From: an uncultured delta proteobacterium
Lineage (GTDB): Bacteria; Desulfobacterota; Binatia; Binatales; Binataceae
NCBI GenBank assembly: GCA_963765675.1
Contig: CAVXXK010000001.1
Location: forward strand, 2,176,001 to 2,240,000
Direction: 5' to 3'
DNA: 64,000 bases
The notes below the pieces were generated by a model. The model worked only from the letters and a program-made list of their open reading frames with translations. It ran no database searches and was not told where the DNA came from. Each line of letters opens with the position of its first letter. The stretch's first letter is position 1. The translations under genes were made by a program, and so were the position numbers. Shown here piece by piece: positions 21,267 to 35,419 of this stretch.

Positions 21267-22713
21267 AACAGAAAGCGCCGCGCGCCTTGCGCGAGTTCCC
21301 GCTCGCGTCCATCACGTGCATCTGATCGGCGTGGCAGGCACCGCGATGGCCGCGCTGGCGGGGATGCTGGCGGAGCGCGGTTATCGGGTCAGCGGCTCCG
21401 ACAATCAATTTTATGAGCCGACGGCCTCGCTGCTCGCGAAGCTGAAGGTCGAGCGGCGGACGGGTTTTTCGGCGGCAAATCTCTCGCCCGCGCCCGACTT
21501 GGCGATCGTCGGCAACGTCATCGTCCGCGACAATCCGGAGGCGCAGGCGCTGCTTGCGTCGGAGATTCCGTACCTCTCGATGCCTGAGGCGCTGTGGCAT
21601 TTCTTTCTGCGCGAGCGGCGTGTGCTGATGGTAGCCGGAACGCACGGGAAGACCACTTCGACCGCGATGATGGCGCAAATTCTCGCGGCGGCGGGGCACG
21701 ATCCCTCGATGCTGGTGGGTGGAGTCGCGAAGGACTTTGGCTCGAACTACAGGCTCGGCGCGGGCGGCGATTTCGTGATCGAAGGTGACGAGTACGACAC
21801 TGCATTTTTCGACAAGGGGCCCAAGTTTCTGCACTACCGCGCGCACGGCGCGATTATCACGGCGGTCGAGTTCGATCATGCCGATATCTACCGCGACCTC
21901 GAGCACGTCAAGTCGAGCTTCCGCGCGCTGGTCGATTCGATGGACGCGTCGCACGTGCTCGCGGTCTGCGCGGATTTTCCGCACGCACTCGAAGTCAGCA
22001 AGGGCGCGCGCGCGCGGGTCAGCACGTTCGGCCTGCGCGCGGGCGACTGGCGCGCAGCCGCGATTCGAATCGGCGCGGACGGCGCGCATTTCACGGTCGA
22101 GCATCGCGGCGCGCGCCTCGCGCCGGAGATTTTTCTGCCGATCGGCGGACGGATGAACGTCGCCAACGCGCTGGGAGTACTCGTGTTGCTCCGCGAATGC
22201 GGATTCGGCGCAGAGGAGATCGCGCGGGGCATCGCGTCGTTCACCGGCGTGGTCCGCCGCCAGGAAATTATCGGTGAGGCTGCGGGCGTGACCGTCGTGG
22301 ACGATTTCGCGCATCATCCGACTGCGATTGGAGTAACTCTCGAAGCGATCGCCGAGCGCTTCGCGGGCCGCAGGATCCTGGCAGCGTTCGAGCCGCGCTC
22401 GAACACCGCGCGCCGCAATGTATTTCAGGATTCGTTCGCGGCGGCATTCGACCGCGCCGCGCGCGTTTATCTTGGCCCCGTCTATTTCAAGGCGAACGAT
22501 CCGATTCCAGCCGCCGAGCGTCTCGCTACCGACACTCTCGTCACGGCGATATCAGCGCGCGGTCCGCAGGCATTCGCCTGCGCATCAAACGACGAAATCC
22601 TCGAGCGGATGCTCTCTGACGCCCGGGCGGGCGACATAGCCTTGTTCATGTCCAACGGCCCTTTCGACGGACTGAAAGACCGCTTCCTCGCCGCCCTGCG
22701 CGCGCGCGAGTGA
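21259..22713 (+). CDS. mpl: murein peptide ligase Mpl
   Basis: HLIGVAGTAM, GTHGKTTS, EGDEYDTAFFDK, DDFAHHPTA, EPRSNT, MSNG. Confidence 0.9.
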   Translation: MNETESAARLARVPARVHHVHLIGVAGTAMAALAGMLAERGYRVSGSDNQFYEPTASLLAKLKVERRTGFSAANLSPAPDLAIVGNVIVRDNPEAQALLASEIPYLSMPEALWHFFLRERRVLMVAGTHGKTTSTAMMAQILAAAGHDPSMLVGGVAKDFGSNYRLGAGGDFVIEGDEYDTAFFDKGPKFLHYRAHGAIITAVEFDHADIYRDLEHVKSSFRALVDSMDASHVLAVCADFPHALEVSKGARARVSTFGLRAGDWRAAAIRIGADGAHFTVEHRGARLAPEIFLPIGGRMNVANALGVLVLLRECGFGAEEIARGIASFTGVVRRQEIIGEAAGVTVVDDFAHHPTAIGVTLEAIAERFAGRRILAAFEPRSNTARRNVFQDSFAAAFDRAARVYLGPVYFKANDPIPAAERLATDTLVTAISARGPQAFACASNDEILERMLSDARAGDIALFMSNGPFDGLKDRFLAALRARE

Positions 22714-22821
22714 TGCTGCCTGATGGACTCCTCTCCCGCCGTTTCAGGCTCTGAGTTTTGTGTCCGTCATCCTGCCATGAAAGCGTCTGTGGTAGGCGAT
22801 GAGTACGGTAGCCTCAGCCGA

Positions 22822-23138
22822 GACCCCCATCGTCATTTCGACCGAAGGGAGAAATCCCGAGGCGCCCATGCTCGCGCCAACACCACATGCAGAGGTCCTT
22901 CGCTCGGGATTCCTCGCGCGGCAGCCACGCGCGGGAATGACAACCGCACCTTTCTTCGTAGGGGCGGCTCGCGAGCCGCCCGTCTTTCGCGCAGCCTGTC
23001 GCTACACGCAAACTTTCATCTCGCGTGGCGGGTCCATCGGACCCGTGAAGGATCTCCTCAAAGCGATTAGTGTGGAAATCCCAAGTTGGTTGCACTAATC
23101 GCTTCGCGGAGATCCTTCGCCTACGGCTCAGGATGACA
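22822..23138. repeat. composite palindromic repeat cluster (CGTC/TGTC-tagged hairpins plus a GTAG REP)
   Basis: CGTCATTTCGACCGAAGGGAGAAATC; GGATTCCTCGCGCGGCAGCCACGCGCGGGAATGACA; GTAGGGGCGGCTCGCGAGCCGCCC; GAGATCCTTCGCCTACGGCTCAGGATGACA. Confidence 0.85.
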
Positions 23139-23163
23139 ACAGCGGAAGGCCAATGGGCGAATC

Positions 23164-24168
23164 CTAGTAGCCGTGTGCGGGGTCTACTTGATTCAGTAGC
23201 GGGGTGCCGGATTGGAAGCGGCGGAGGTTTTCGGCGAATAGTTCGCTTGCCAGTTCCATGTAGCCGCGAAAATCGCCGGAGACGTGAGGCGTCAGGATCG
23301 CCTGCTCGATGTCCCAAAGGGGACTCTCTGCCGGCAGCGGCTCGCGCTCGAACACGTCCAGGCCGGCGCCGCCGATTTTCCCGGCGCTCAGCGCCGCGGC
23401 GAGTGCGGCTTCATCGACGACCGCGCCGCGTCCGATATTGACGAAATATGCGCCGGGCTTTATCGCCGCGATCTCTTTCGCGCCGACAAATTTTCGCGTC
23501 GCATCGGTCAGCGGCAGCGTCACACTGATGTAGTCAGATTCGCCAAGCAGTTCCGCGCACGCTTCGGAGCCGAACCATCGCGCGGGAATCTTTCCGTCCG
23601 GGTCGCCGAGCCCGCGCGGAGTCCATCCGGTCTCGCGCCGCTCAGACGGATTGCGCTTGAGCGCGAGAATTCTCATCCCAAACGCATCGGCGAGCCGCGC
23701 GGTCTCGCGCCCGATCGATCCATAGCCGACGATGCCGAGCGTCTTGCCGCGAATCACGTCGAGGCTGGAGATAACCGTGCGCCGCGACCATTCGTGGCGC
23801 TCCTGCGCGCGGATGGTGACATGCAGGCGCCGTGCGTACGCAAGCATCGAGGCAATCGTGTACTCCGCGATCGGAGTCGCGTGGACGCCGCTGGCGGTGG
23901 TGATCGGAATCTTCGCCGATTTCATCGGTCCGCCGAGGGCGTGATCGGCGCCGGCGCTGAGCAGTTGCACCCACTTGAGTCCCCGCGCACGCTCGAGGAT
24001 GTCGCTCGGCATCCGGAACGAGAGCAGCACGTCGCATCCGCCGGAAACCAGCTCCGAGATTTCCTCCGGCGACTTGCACGGACGGTCAACCAGTTTCGCG
24101 CCGGGCGCGGCCGCAAGAATCGTGGCGCGCTGCGGTTCCTCGAGGGCGACGGTCGAAATGATCTTCAT
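23164..24168 (-). CDS. D-2-hydroxyacid dehydrogenase
   Basis: GIVGYGSIG, LPLT..T, VNIGRG, LDVF..EPLP, TPHVS. Confidence 0.92.
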   Translation of the reverse strand: MKIISTVALEEPQRATILAAAPGAKLVDRPCKSPEEISELVSGGCDVLLSFRMPSDILERARGLKWVQLLSAGADHALGGPMKSAKIPITTASGVHATPIAEYTIASMLAYARRLHVTIRAQERHEWSRRTVISSLDVIRGKTLGIVGYGSIGRETARLADAFGMRILALKRNPSERRETGWTPRGLGDPDGKIPARWFGSEACAELLGESDYISVTLPLTDATRKFVGAKEIAAIKPGAYFVNIGRGAVVDEAALAAALSAGKIGGAGLDVFEREPLPAESPLWDIEQAILTPHVSGDFRGYMELASELFAENLRRFQSGTPLLNQVDPAHGY

Positions 24169-24305
24169 GATTGGCAAAACCCGGATGGGTGATGAGACCC
24201 AAATTTCGCACGCTGCGCCGGGCGCATCAAGCGCTATCTGACGCTGCTTGAGAAGCGCCGATCGGCGGCCTATGATCGGTTGGCCGGGCCAATCGGCCGG
24301 TAACC

Positions 24306-25118
24306 ATGAGCAGGCTTCGCAATCTCGCGCTGGGTGCATTCGCCGTCACGATCGCGGCGGTCGTGGGAATCGCCGCTGCGCAAACCTCCGCGCCGCCATC
24401 CGATCCGCAGATGCAGGAGGGAGCGGGCGCGCAGCCTCCGGGAATCAACTCACAGGAGAGTAACCCGGATACGACGCTTGAAATCGCGCCGCAGCCGGGA
24501 GTCACCGCACCTAAGACCGGTGTGGACGAAATTCCCGGCGGCGACAGCTTCAGGCCCGGCGAGAATACGGACTCGGTCAATCCCAATTATCGGCCGGGGA
24601 CCGAGAACGGCGATTCCAATTCCAGCAACGGCAATAATCCCAGCAGCCTCGCGCGCCACGGCCGGCCCTATCTCGGCATCACGGTCGCAGAGACCGACAA
24701 GTGCTTCAAGGGAAAAGAGGAGCACGGACTCGAGGTCCTCACCGTTGATCCGAACAGCCCCGCGGCTGCCGCCGGAGTAAAGGGCAGCACCGGCGCAAAT
24801 GCGATCGGCGCGACGGCGTCGACGCTCGGCGCTCTGATTCCTTTTGCAGGAACGGTCATCGCCTCGCAGCTCGAGAAGCACGGCGACCTGGGGATGTCGG
24901 GCGATTTGATCGTCGCGATCGACGATCAGCGCGTGCGCACTCAGCAGGACCTCGACGACGCGATGGCGCGGCTCAAGCCTGGTGACACGATGTACCTGAC
25001 CGTTATCCGCCCTGGACCTGATAGAAGTCATACGACGCAAAAGATCGCCGTGCATGTCGGACAGGTAGGGCAGGTGGGACAGCCGGTCGCTAATGCTGGT
25101 CCGCCGCTGACGGAGTAG
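24306..25118 (+). CDS. secreted PDZ domain protein
   Basis: Signal peptide, low-complexity linker, RPYLGI..V.PNSPA..AG...GDLIVAID..LKPGD..LTVIR. Confidence 0.75.
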   Translation: MSRLRNLALGAFAVTIAAVVGIAAAQTSAPPSDPQMQEGAGAQPPGINSQESNPDTTLEIAPQPGVTAPKTGVDEIPGGDSFRPGENTDSVNPNYRPGTENGDSNSSNGNNPSSLARHGRPYLGITVAETDKCFKGKEEHGLEVLTVDPNSPAAAAGVKGSTGANAIGATASTLGALIPFAGTVIASQLEKHGDLGMSGDLIVAIDDQRVRTQQDLDDAMARLKPGDTMYLTVIRPGPDRSHTTQKIAVHVGQVGQVGQPVANAGPPLTE

Positions 25119-25258
25119 CGCCTGCCATCGTCCGAGGATTGCGGCGGCCTGAATCCTTCGCGCTCGAATCTCTGATATACTCCTCCAGATGCCGCCCGCG
25201 TGGAGCCTTTCGTCCGCCGCGGGTAGGCGGAGTTGCGTTTTGCGCAGGCGATAAAATC

Positions 25259-28200
25259 GTGCTTCGAAGCGTCAAAGATGCGGCCGGCGAAATTCAAGCG
25301 CGGCTCAAGAACGGGAGCGAGCGCCGTTTTCCCGTGATGGGGCTGAAAGGCGCGGCTGGCGTTGTGCTGCTGCGCGAGACCGCGCTCGGCGTTACGCGCC
25401 CGATCGTCGTGGTGACCGCACGCGCGGCCGAGGCCGAGGCGTTCGCGCATGAGGCCGCGTTTTTTCTCGACGAATCCGCTGACGCCGACACTACCCGACG
25501 CCGCGTGCATCATCTGCCCGCGTGGGAGTTGAAGCCGCTCGCGAATCTCTCGCCTGGGTCGGACACGCAGGCTGCGCAGATCGCCGCGATGTTCGCGCTG
25601 CTTCGCACTCCCGCGCCGATCGTGATCACGTCGGTCGAGGCGATGATGACGCGCACGATCCCGCGCGAAATTTTGAACGACTCGATCATCCGCGTCACCG
25701 CGGGCGAGCGGCTCGACCTTGAGCTGCTGGTCGAGGCCCTCGCCAATGCGGGCTATCAGCGGCTGCCGCAGGTCGAGGAGCCGGGCGACTTCAGCGTGCG
25801 CGGCGGAATCGTCGACGTGTTTTCGCCGCTCTACCGCTCGCCGGTCCGGCTCGAGCTGGAAGACGACATGGTCACGTCGATTCGGCGCTTCGATATCGCA
25901 AGCCAGCGCTCGGCGGGTGAGCTGGATGAAGCCACAATCGTGCGCACGCGGCTGGTCGCGCCCGAATCGCTCAAGGACATTCGCGTGCGCGATCGAGCGG
26001 CGGTGCGCGCCGCGGATATCGGGATGGTCCGCAAAGAAGCCGGCGAGCTGGCCGAGACGCTCGAGAACGGCCTGCTCTTTCCGGGCGCGGAATTGTTGAT
26101 GCCCTATGTCTACGGTGCGCCGCTGCAATCGGTCGCCGACTATCTGCCGTCCGACACGGTGCTGTGGCTGGTCGATCCCGGGCGGATTCGAGCCGACGCG
26201 GATCGGTTCGCGACCCGAGTTGCCGAAGAGGCCGCGATCGCAGCGGGCGCGCCCACGATTTTTTCCGGAGCCGGAATCGATGTACCTGTCGGCCGAGGAG
26301 TTCGAGCGCGCGCTGGCGGGCTTCGCCGCGGTTGAGATCGGATCGCTCATCACCGCCGCGCCGCCGCGCGAAGGATGGGCTCCTCCGATCGAGGTTAAAT
26401 CGCAGCCGAGCCTGCGCCTCGCTTCGCCCGAGCTTGTCGGCGCGCGCGCCGCGATCAGTTTCGAACCTCTGGCAGAGCAGCTTCGCGAGGTTCAGCGCGG
26501 ACAGGGCAGGTCGCTGATGATCGTCGAGGGGCCGAACCAGGCGGCGCGCCTGCGGCGTCATCTCGAAGCCTACGATCTGGAAGTGAACACCGAGTGCAAG
26601 ACCTTCGGCGCGCTGCTCGCATGGCCCGATTTCCGTCCCGCGATCATGGAGGGCGAAATCTCGGCGGGCGCCGTTTTGCAGGACGACGGAATCTATCTTT
26701 ACAGCGAGGAAGAGATTTTCGGCGAGCCGCGCGCGCGCCGGAAGCATCGCCCGACCGCCAAAGGCGCGATGCTGAATCTCGCGGAGCTCAAGCCCGACGA
26801 CATCGTCGTGCATATCGATCACGGAATCGGGCGCTACCGAGGGCTGAAGCATCTGAAGGTCGCCGACGTCGAGGGCGATTTCCTGAACCTCGAGTACGCC
26901 GGCAACGACACGATGTATGTACCGGTCGAGCGAATTAACCTGGTCCAGCGCTATATCGGCAGCGACAGCGAGGCGCCTCGCCTGGACAAGCTCGGCAGCG
27001 GCTCGTGGGAGAAGGTCAAGCGGCGCACGCGGCAGGCGGTGCTCGCGATGGCGTCGGAGCTGCTCGAAATTTACGCCGCGCGCGAAGTCCTTGAGGGCCA
27101 CGCGTTTCCGCATCCGGGCCGCGACTATCATGAGTTCGCGGATCGATTCGAATTCGAGGAAACGCCCGACCAGCAGGCCGCGATCGACGACGTGATTCGT
27201 GACCTGACGCGCGCCAAGCCCATGGATCGCCTGATCTGTGGCGACGCGGGCTTCGGCAAGACGGAGGTCGCGATGCGCGCCGCGTTTATCGCGGTGATGG
27301 ACGGGCGGCAGGTCGCGGTGCTGGTGCCGACCACGATTCTGGCCGAGCAGCATTGGAACACGATGCGCAAGCGGTTCGAAGAGCTTCCGGTGCGGGTCGA
27401 GATGATTTCGCGCTTCCGCAGCGCGAAGGAGAACAAGGCGGTTATCGACGACGTCGCGCGTGGCAAGGTCGATATCGTCGTCGGAACGCATCGCCTGCTC
27501 TCGGCCGACGTCAACGTTCCGCGCCTGGGCCTGCTGATTATCGACGAGGAGCATCGTTTCGGCGTGGCCGACAAGGAGAGGATCAAGAAGCTCAAGAAGA
27601 TGGTGCCGGTGCTGACGATGACTGCGACGCCGATTCCGCGCACGCTGCACATGGCGATGCTGGGAATCCGCGACCTGTCGGTGATTCAGACCGCGCCGCC
27701 CGATCGCCAGCAGATTCGTACTTTCGTCGCGCATTTCGACGACAGCCTGATTCGCGACGTGATCATGCGCGAGCTCAACCGCGGCGGGCAGGTGTTCTTC
27801 GTTCACAACCGCGTCGAGAATATCGAGTACATGGCGCGCCATCTCCATACCCTCATTCCCGAAGCGAAGATCGCGGTCGCGCACGGCCAGATGCACGAGA
27901 AGAAGCTCGAAGACGTGATGCGCGGATTTATCGAGAACCGGGTGAACGTGCTGGTGTGCTCGGCGATTATCGAGTCCGGCCTCGACATCCCGAACGCGAA
28001 TACGATGATCATCAACCGCGCCGATCATTTCGGGCTGGCGCAGCTCTACCAGTTGCGCGGACGCGTCGGGCGCTCGCGCCAGAAGGCGTTCGCGTATTTG
28101 CTGATTCCGGGCGAGCACATCATCACGCGCGACGCCAAGCGGCGTATCGACGCGCTGCGCGAGCTGGTTGACGCGGAGACAGGCAGCGGGTTCAAACTCG

Positions 28201-28841
28201 CGATGGCGGACCTGGAGCATCGGGGGGCCGGCAATCTACTCGGGCGCGAGCAGCATGGCGAGATCGAGGCGGTCGGCTTCGAGCTCTATACCGAGATGAT
28301 GGAGCAGGCGATCGCCGAGCTTCGCGGCGAGGAGCGGCGGCCCGATTTCGAGCCTGAGCTGAAGCTCGGAATTCCCGCCTACATTCCCGAGACCTACGTG
28401 CCCGACGAGAACGAGCGCTTGGTGCTCTACCGCAGGTTTGCACGCGCCGAGTCCGAGCAGGATCTCGCCGAGTTGAAAGATGAGATGCGCGACCGCTTTG
28501 GTCCGGTGCCGACTCTGATCGATAATCTGGTCGCGGCGATGAACGTGCGGCGGCAGATGCGGCTTCTGCTGATCGTCAGCGCGATCCTGAAGGGCAATCA
28601 GCTCGAGGTGCGGTTTCATCCCGACGCGCCGGTCGATACCGCCAAGCTCGCTGCGATGGCCGAAGCGAATCGGCGCACGATGAAACTGACGCCGTCGTTC
28701 CAGGTTCTGGTGCGAATCGAGACCGCGGCGGGCGAATACGAGCGCCTGTTTGCGCAGGTCGACGGCGTCTTGCAGGCGTTGGCGGGCTGTGAAAAATTGG
28801 ACAACTGGCCGGTAGGTCACGCAGGACCGGCTCCCAACTAG
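25259..28841 (+). CDS. mfd: transcription-repair coupling factor Mfd, one frameshift near 26245-26264
   Basis: UvrB-like N-part (PGDFSVRGGIVDVF) in one frame; VVHIDHGIGRY, GDAGFGKT, DEEHRFG, QLRGRVGR in the +1 frame. Confidence 0.93.
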
Positions 28842-28845
28842 ATTC

Positions 28846-29829
28846 ATGCGGATCTTTATCTCGGCGAATGTCATTCGCGCCGGTACGCTTGGCGCCGTGC
28901 TCGCGCTTTTCCTGTGCGTGGCGGCACCCGCCTCGGCGCAGCAATCGGTCGATCGCGTCGTTGCCAGCGTTGACGGCGATCCGATTACCGCGCATGACGT
29001 GCAGGCGTTCAGCGTCGCGATCGGGCGTCCGGTTACTACTGACGATATCGCGAACAATCCGGAAGCGAAGCTGATGCTCAAGGAGCTGATTGCGGCCAAG
29101 CTGTTCCAGAACGAAGCGCAGAAGTATTCGGACAAGATCGACGACGCGCAGGTCGATCGTTACGTCGATCAGCTCCGGCAAGACCGGCACATGACGCCCG
29201 ATCAGTTCAAGGACGCGATCGCTCAGAGCGGAATGAGCATGCACGATTTCCGCAAACACGCCCGCGAAGAGCTCGAAAAGGCAATGATGATCCAGCAGCA
29301 GGTCCGCGACCGGGTTGATATCTCCAACGCGGATATCCAGACCTACTATGATCAACATCCGGACGAGTTCACGATTACAAAAGAGCGCTACCGCCTGTCG
29401 CAGATCCTGATAGGAACTCCCGCCAACGCGACTCCGCAACAGATCGCGCAGCTTAAGAACAAAGCCCAGCAGCTAAGAAGTGAAGCCGCCAAGGGCGCGG
29501 ACTTTGGCGAGCTGGCGCACAAATACTCCGACGACGTTTCCAAGAATAACGCCGGAGAGCTCGGATGGTTCGAGCCGCAGGACATCATGGACCAGATTCT
29601 GGCTGCGATTAAGACGGTCAAGCCCGGCGATGTCTCCCAGGTCGTCCAGACCAGCCATGGCTTCCATATTTTGAAGGTTGAAGCTCACGAGGTTCCCGGA
29701 GTTCGTCCGCTCTCCGACGTCAAGGACGTGATCCGTGAAAAGCTGATCGACGAAAAGGCCAAGGCGGAAACCCAGGAGTGGGTCGAGACCCAGTTGGTTA
29801 AACAACACGACGTCGAGACGCTGTACTAG
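28846..29829 (+). CDS. surA: SurA-like parvulin peptidylprolyl isomerase
   Basis: Signal peptide, DRVVASVDG, LA.KYSDD, GELGW, GFHILKV; lies between mfd and pdxA. Confidence 0.85.
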   Translation: MRIFISANVIRAGTLGAVLALFLCVAAPASAQQSVDRVVASVDGDPITAHDVQAFSVAIGRPVTTDDIANNPEAKLMLKELIAAKLFQNEAQKYSDKIDDAQVDRYVDQLRQDRHMTPDQFKDAIAQSGMSMHDFRKHAREELEKAMMIQQQVRDRVDISNADIQTYYDQHPDEFTITKERYRLSQILIGTPANATPQQIAQLKNKAQQLRSEAAKGADFGELAHKYSDDVSKNNAGELGWFEPQDIMDQILAAIKTVKPGDVSQVVQTSHGFHILKVEAHEVPGVRPLSDVKDVIREKLIDEKAKAETQEWVETQLVKQHDVETLY

Positions 29830-29834
29830 GTTTG

Positions 29835-30854
29835 ATGGCGCCGCGAGCAAAGGCGCACCCCCTCATCGCTATCAGCATGGGCGATCCGGCGGGAATTGGC
29901 GCGGAGGTGATCCTGAAATCGGCGGCGCGGTTCGCGTCACGGCGCGACGCTCCGGCGCTGGTCGTCGTGGGCGACTTGAACGTGATGACAGAGACCGCGC
30001 GCCGTCTGCATTCCCGGATTCAGCCGCGCGCATGGAATCCGGATGAACCCGCGCCGAGCGGCCGCAATCTCAGGGTGATCACGCGCAAGCCTCTGAGCGC
30101 TCGGGGGCGGCGCGTCGGAAAGCCCTCGATCGAGGGCGGCGATGCGTCGTTCGGCTACGTCGTCGAGGGCGCGAAGATGGCGCTCGGCGGCGCGGTCGAC
30201 GCCCTCGTGACGGCTCCGATCAGCAAGCAATGGTGGGATCGCGCGGGGCATCGCTATCCCGGCCATTCGGAGCTGCTGGCGCATCTCGGGCGAGCGCGGC
30301 GATGGCGCATGATGTTCGCCGGGGATCATTTGAAGCTCGCGCTGGTGACGGTGCATATGGGTCTCGCCGGCGTATCGAAGAAGCTCACGCGGGCGGCAGT
30401 GCTCGACACAATCGTGCTGCTTCGCGACCATATGCGTGCGCGGCTCGGAGTTGCGCGGCCGCGAATCGGAGTGCTGGGATTTAATCCGCATGCGGGCGAA
30501 GACGGACTATTTGGAAAAGAGGAGATTCGCGTGATCGAGCCGGCGATCGCGGCGGCGCGGCGCGCCGGAATCGACGCGTTCGGGCCGCTTGCGCCCGATA
30601 CTGCTTTTATCCGCACGCGCGGACGTTTCGGTTTCGACGCGGCGGTGGCAATGTACCATGATCAGGGCTTGATTGCGCTCAAGACCCTGGAGTTTGATCG
30701 CGCGGTGAATGTCACTTTGGGGATTCCATTTATCCGCACCTCGCCCGACCACGGCACCGCGTTCGCCATTGCGGGCAAGGGCGCGGCCAGTCCCTCAAGC
30801 ATGCTGGCGGCAATCGAATACGCGGCGGCGGCGGCGCGCAGCCGCAAGGACTGA
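29835..30854 (+). CDS. pdxA: 4-hydroxythreonine-4-phosphate dehydrogenase
   Basis: [31 protein letters not shown]. Confidence 0.95.
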   Translation: MAPRAKAHPLIAISMGDPAGIGAEVILKSAARFASRRDAPALVVVGDLNVMTETARRLHSRIQPRAWNPDEPAPSGRNLRVITRKPLSARGRRVGKPSIEGGDASFGYVVEGAKMALGGAVDALVTAPISKQWWDRAGHRYPGHSELLAHLGRARRWRMMFAGDHLKLALVTVHMGLAGVSKKLTRAAVLDTIVLLRDHMRARLGVARPRIGVLGFNPHAGEDGLFGKEEIRVIEPAIAAARRAGIDAFGPLAPDTAFIRTRGRFGFDAAVAMYHDQGLIALKTLEFDRAVNVTLGIPFIRTSPDHGTAFAIAGKGAASPSSMLAAIEYAAAAARSRKD

Positions 30855-30869
30855 ACGGCACGAATCGCG

Positions 30870-33704
<2,835 letters not shown>

Positions 33705-33836
33705 AGGTTCGGAGCTCATCCGCTCATCTCGACCCGCCTCTGCCGCTCGTAGTATGACTGGTGGTCATCGCGCTATGGCCAGTAGGCCACAGCGCAAGCG
33801 AGCGTATCAGCACTGAGATCAAGCCGGGATCAGCCG

Positions 33837-34838
33837 ATGATGAAATCGATTACACTCACTTTTGCATTGACGGTCGCGATGCTCTGCGGCGGATGCGCGC
33901 AGCAGGCCGCGCTTCAGCAAGCGAGCGCGGATTCGCAGGCTGCTCGCGCGCAGGGCGATTACAAAACCGCGGCGCTCGATCTCAATCCTATCGTCGCGGC
34001 CTATCCGGAAAATCCGCAGGCGTACATGGCGCAGGCTTACGATTATTTCGAGGCGGGCGAGGCCGATCAGGAAATCGCGGACGTGAGCCGCGCGATCGAG
34101 CTCGAGCCCAACGCCGCCGAATATCGCATCTTCCGCTCGCAAGCGTACACGCGCATCCCGCGGTTCGATCTCGCACTCGACGACGCCAACGAGGCAATCC
34201 GGATCGCACCCAATACCGCCTACTGCTACTCGTCACGCGGCTACGTCTACATGGCGATGGGCGAGAGCTCCAAGGCGATTGCCGACCTCTCGCACGCGAT
34301 CGAGCTTGATCCGAACAATGCGATGTTCCTGGTGCAGCGCGGGTTCGCATACGGCATGGCGGGCCGCTACGCCGAGACTCAGGCCGACTGGCAAGCCGCG
34401 ATCAAGATGCGTTCGGATTATGGGCCGGCTTACAGCGCGCTCGGATGGCTCCAGGCCACCTGTCCGGACGCTAAATTCCGCGACGCCAAGCAGGCGATCG
34501 AGAACGCGAAGCGTGGCGCGGGACTCGGCGCGCCCGCGATGCCTGTCGCGACTGTATCCGGCGGCGCAGTCAAGTCAGATGCCAAATCAAGACCGGCGCA
34601 TAACAATTCGGCGGTGGCGTGGTCGCTCGACGCGCTTGCGGCCGCGTACGCCGAGTCGGGAGATTTTCAGCAGGCCGTCGCGGTGCAGCAGCAGGCAATC
34701 TCGCACAATAAAATGTCGCCGAATCCTCTTGCGACCAAGGAGCAGCAGTTGCTCGCGCTCTATCAGCAGCAGAAACCTTATCGCGCGGGTTTCGACGCGG
34801 TGGTTCCGTCGCTGCCCTGGATCGTGCTCCCGTCGTAG
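33837..34838 (+). CDS. tetratricopeptide repeat lipoprotein
   Basis: Lipobox-like CGGC; repeated AIAD.S.AIELDP units; LDALAAAYAE.GDF. Confidence 0.85.
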   Translation: MMKSITLTFALTVAMLCGGCAQQAALQQASADSQAARAQGDYKTAALDLNPIVAAYPENPQAYMAQAYDYFEAGEADQEIADVSRAIELEPNAAEYRIFRSQAYTRIPRFDLALDDANEAIRIAPNTAYCYSSRGYVYMAMGESSKAIADLSHAIELDPNNAMFLVQRGFAYGMAGRYAETQADWQAAIKMRSDYGPAYSALGWLQATCPDAKFRDAKQAIENAKRGAGLGAPAMPVATVSGGAVKSDAKSRPAHNNSAVAWSLDALAAAYAESGDFQQAVAVQQQAISHNKMSPNPLATKEQQLLALYQQQKPYRAGFDAVVPSLPWIVLPS

Positions 34839-35377
34839 ATGATTTTTCCGTCGTCGACGCGCGCGAACGGCGACAGCACGTGCGGCGAGAGCTTGCCGGT
34901 CGGCATGATGTGCTCGACGCGCCATCCGCGAACCACCAAATAGTCCGAGATGATCCGGCGATGGCATCGCCACCACAATCCTTCCGAGCACATGTAGGCC
35001 GTACGCGCTGTCGTCGCGAGCTCGATCAACTCCGCGAGACCGGCTGCGAATTCCTCGCTGTCGGTGTAGTCAGCGTACGAGCGGAACGCCGGATGCTGCC
35101 ATGCGCCGTGCGGTGAATCGGCGCGCTTGCTGTGCCGTCGTCCTCCCAGCAGCTTCATCCATCGGTACGCGATTCCCGCTCGCACCAGCGATTCGGCGAG
35201 CGTCTCCTGGTTGAACTGCGGCCATTTGCGCGACGATGGAAACGAGCGCACGTCGGCAAGTGTCGCAATACGATGCTGCCCGAGCAGCGCGAGGAATTCC
35301 TCGATTGGATGCGTCGAATGACCGAAGGTGAAAATCAGCGGCTGTTCCGCCACGGGCTTTTTTGATGCTCTCGGCAT
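34778..35377 (-). CDS. DUF488 family protein
   Basis: TFGHST, DVRSFP.S, LGGRR, MCSE..WWRCHR. Confidence 0.9.
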   Translation of the reverse strand: MPRASKKPVAEQPLIFTFGHSTHPIEEFLALLGQHRIATLADVRSFPSSRKWPQFNQETLAESLVRAGIAYRWMKLLGGRRHSKRADSPHGAWQHPAFRSYADYTDSEEFAAGLAELIELATTARTAYMCSEGLWWRCHRRIISDYLVVRGWRVEHIMPTGKLSPHVLSPFARVDDGKIIYDGSTIQGSDGTTASKPAR

Positions 35378-35419
35378 CGAACCCTCGCCTGATTTTCCGC
35401 GCGGCGCGCGACGGACACG

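Noticed and set aside
22723-23441. Small ORFs over the repeat clusters (also 757-1052, 43519-43809, 63316-63663)
   Set aside because: They are translations of palindromic repeats (e.g. HKDTK, WLPREESR) with no other coding evidence.
34778-34838. 61-nt convergent overlap of the TPR and DUF488 genes
   Set aside because: It involves only apparently non-conserved C-terminal tails; such overlaps are common in GC-rich genomes.
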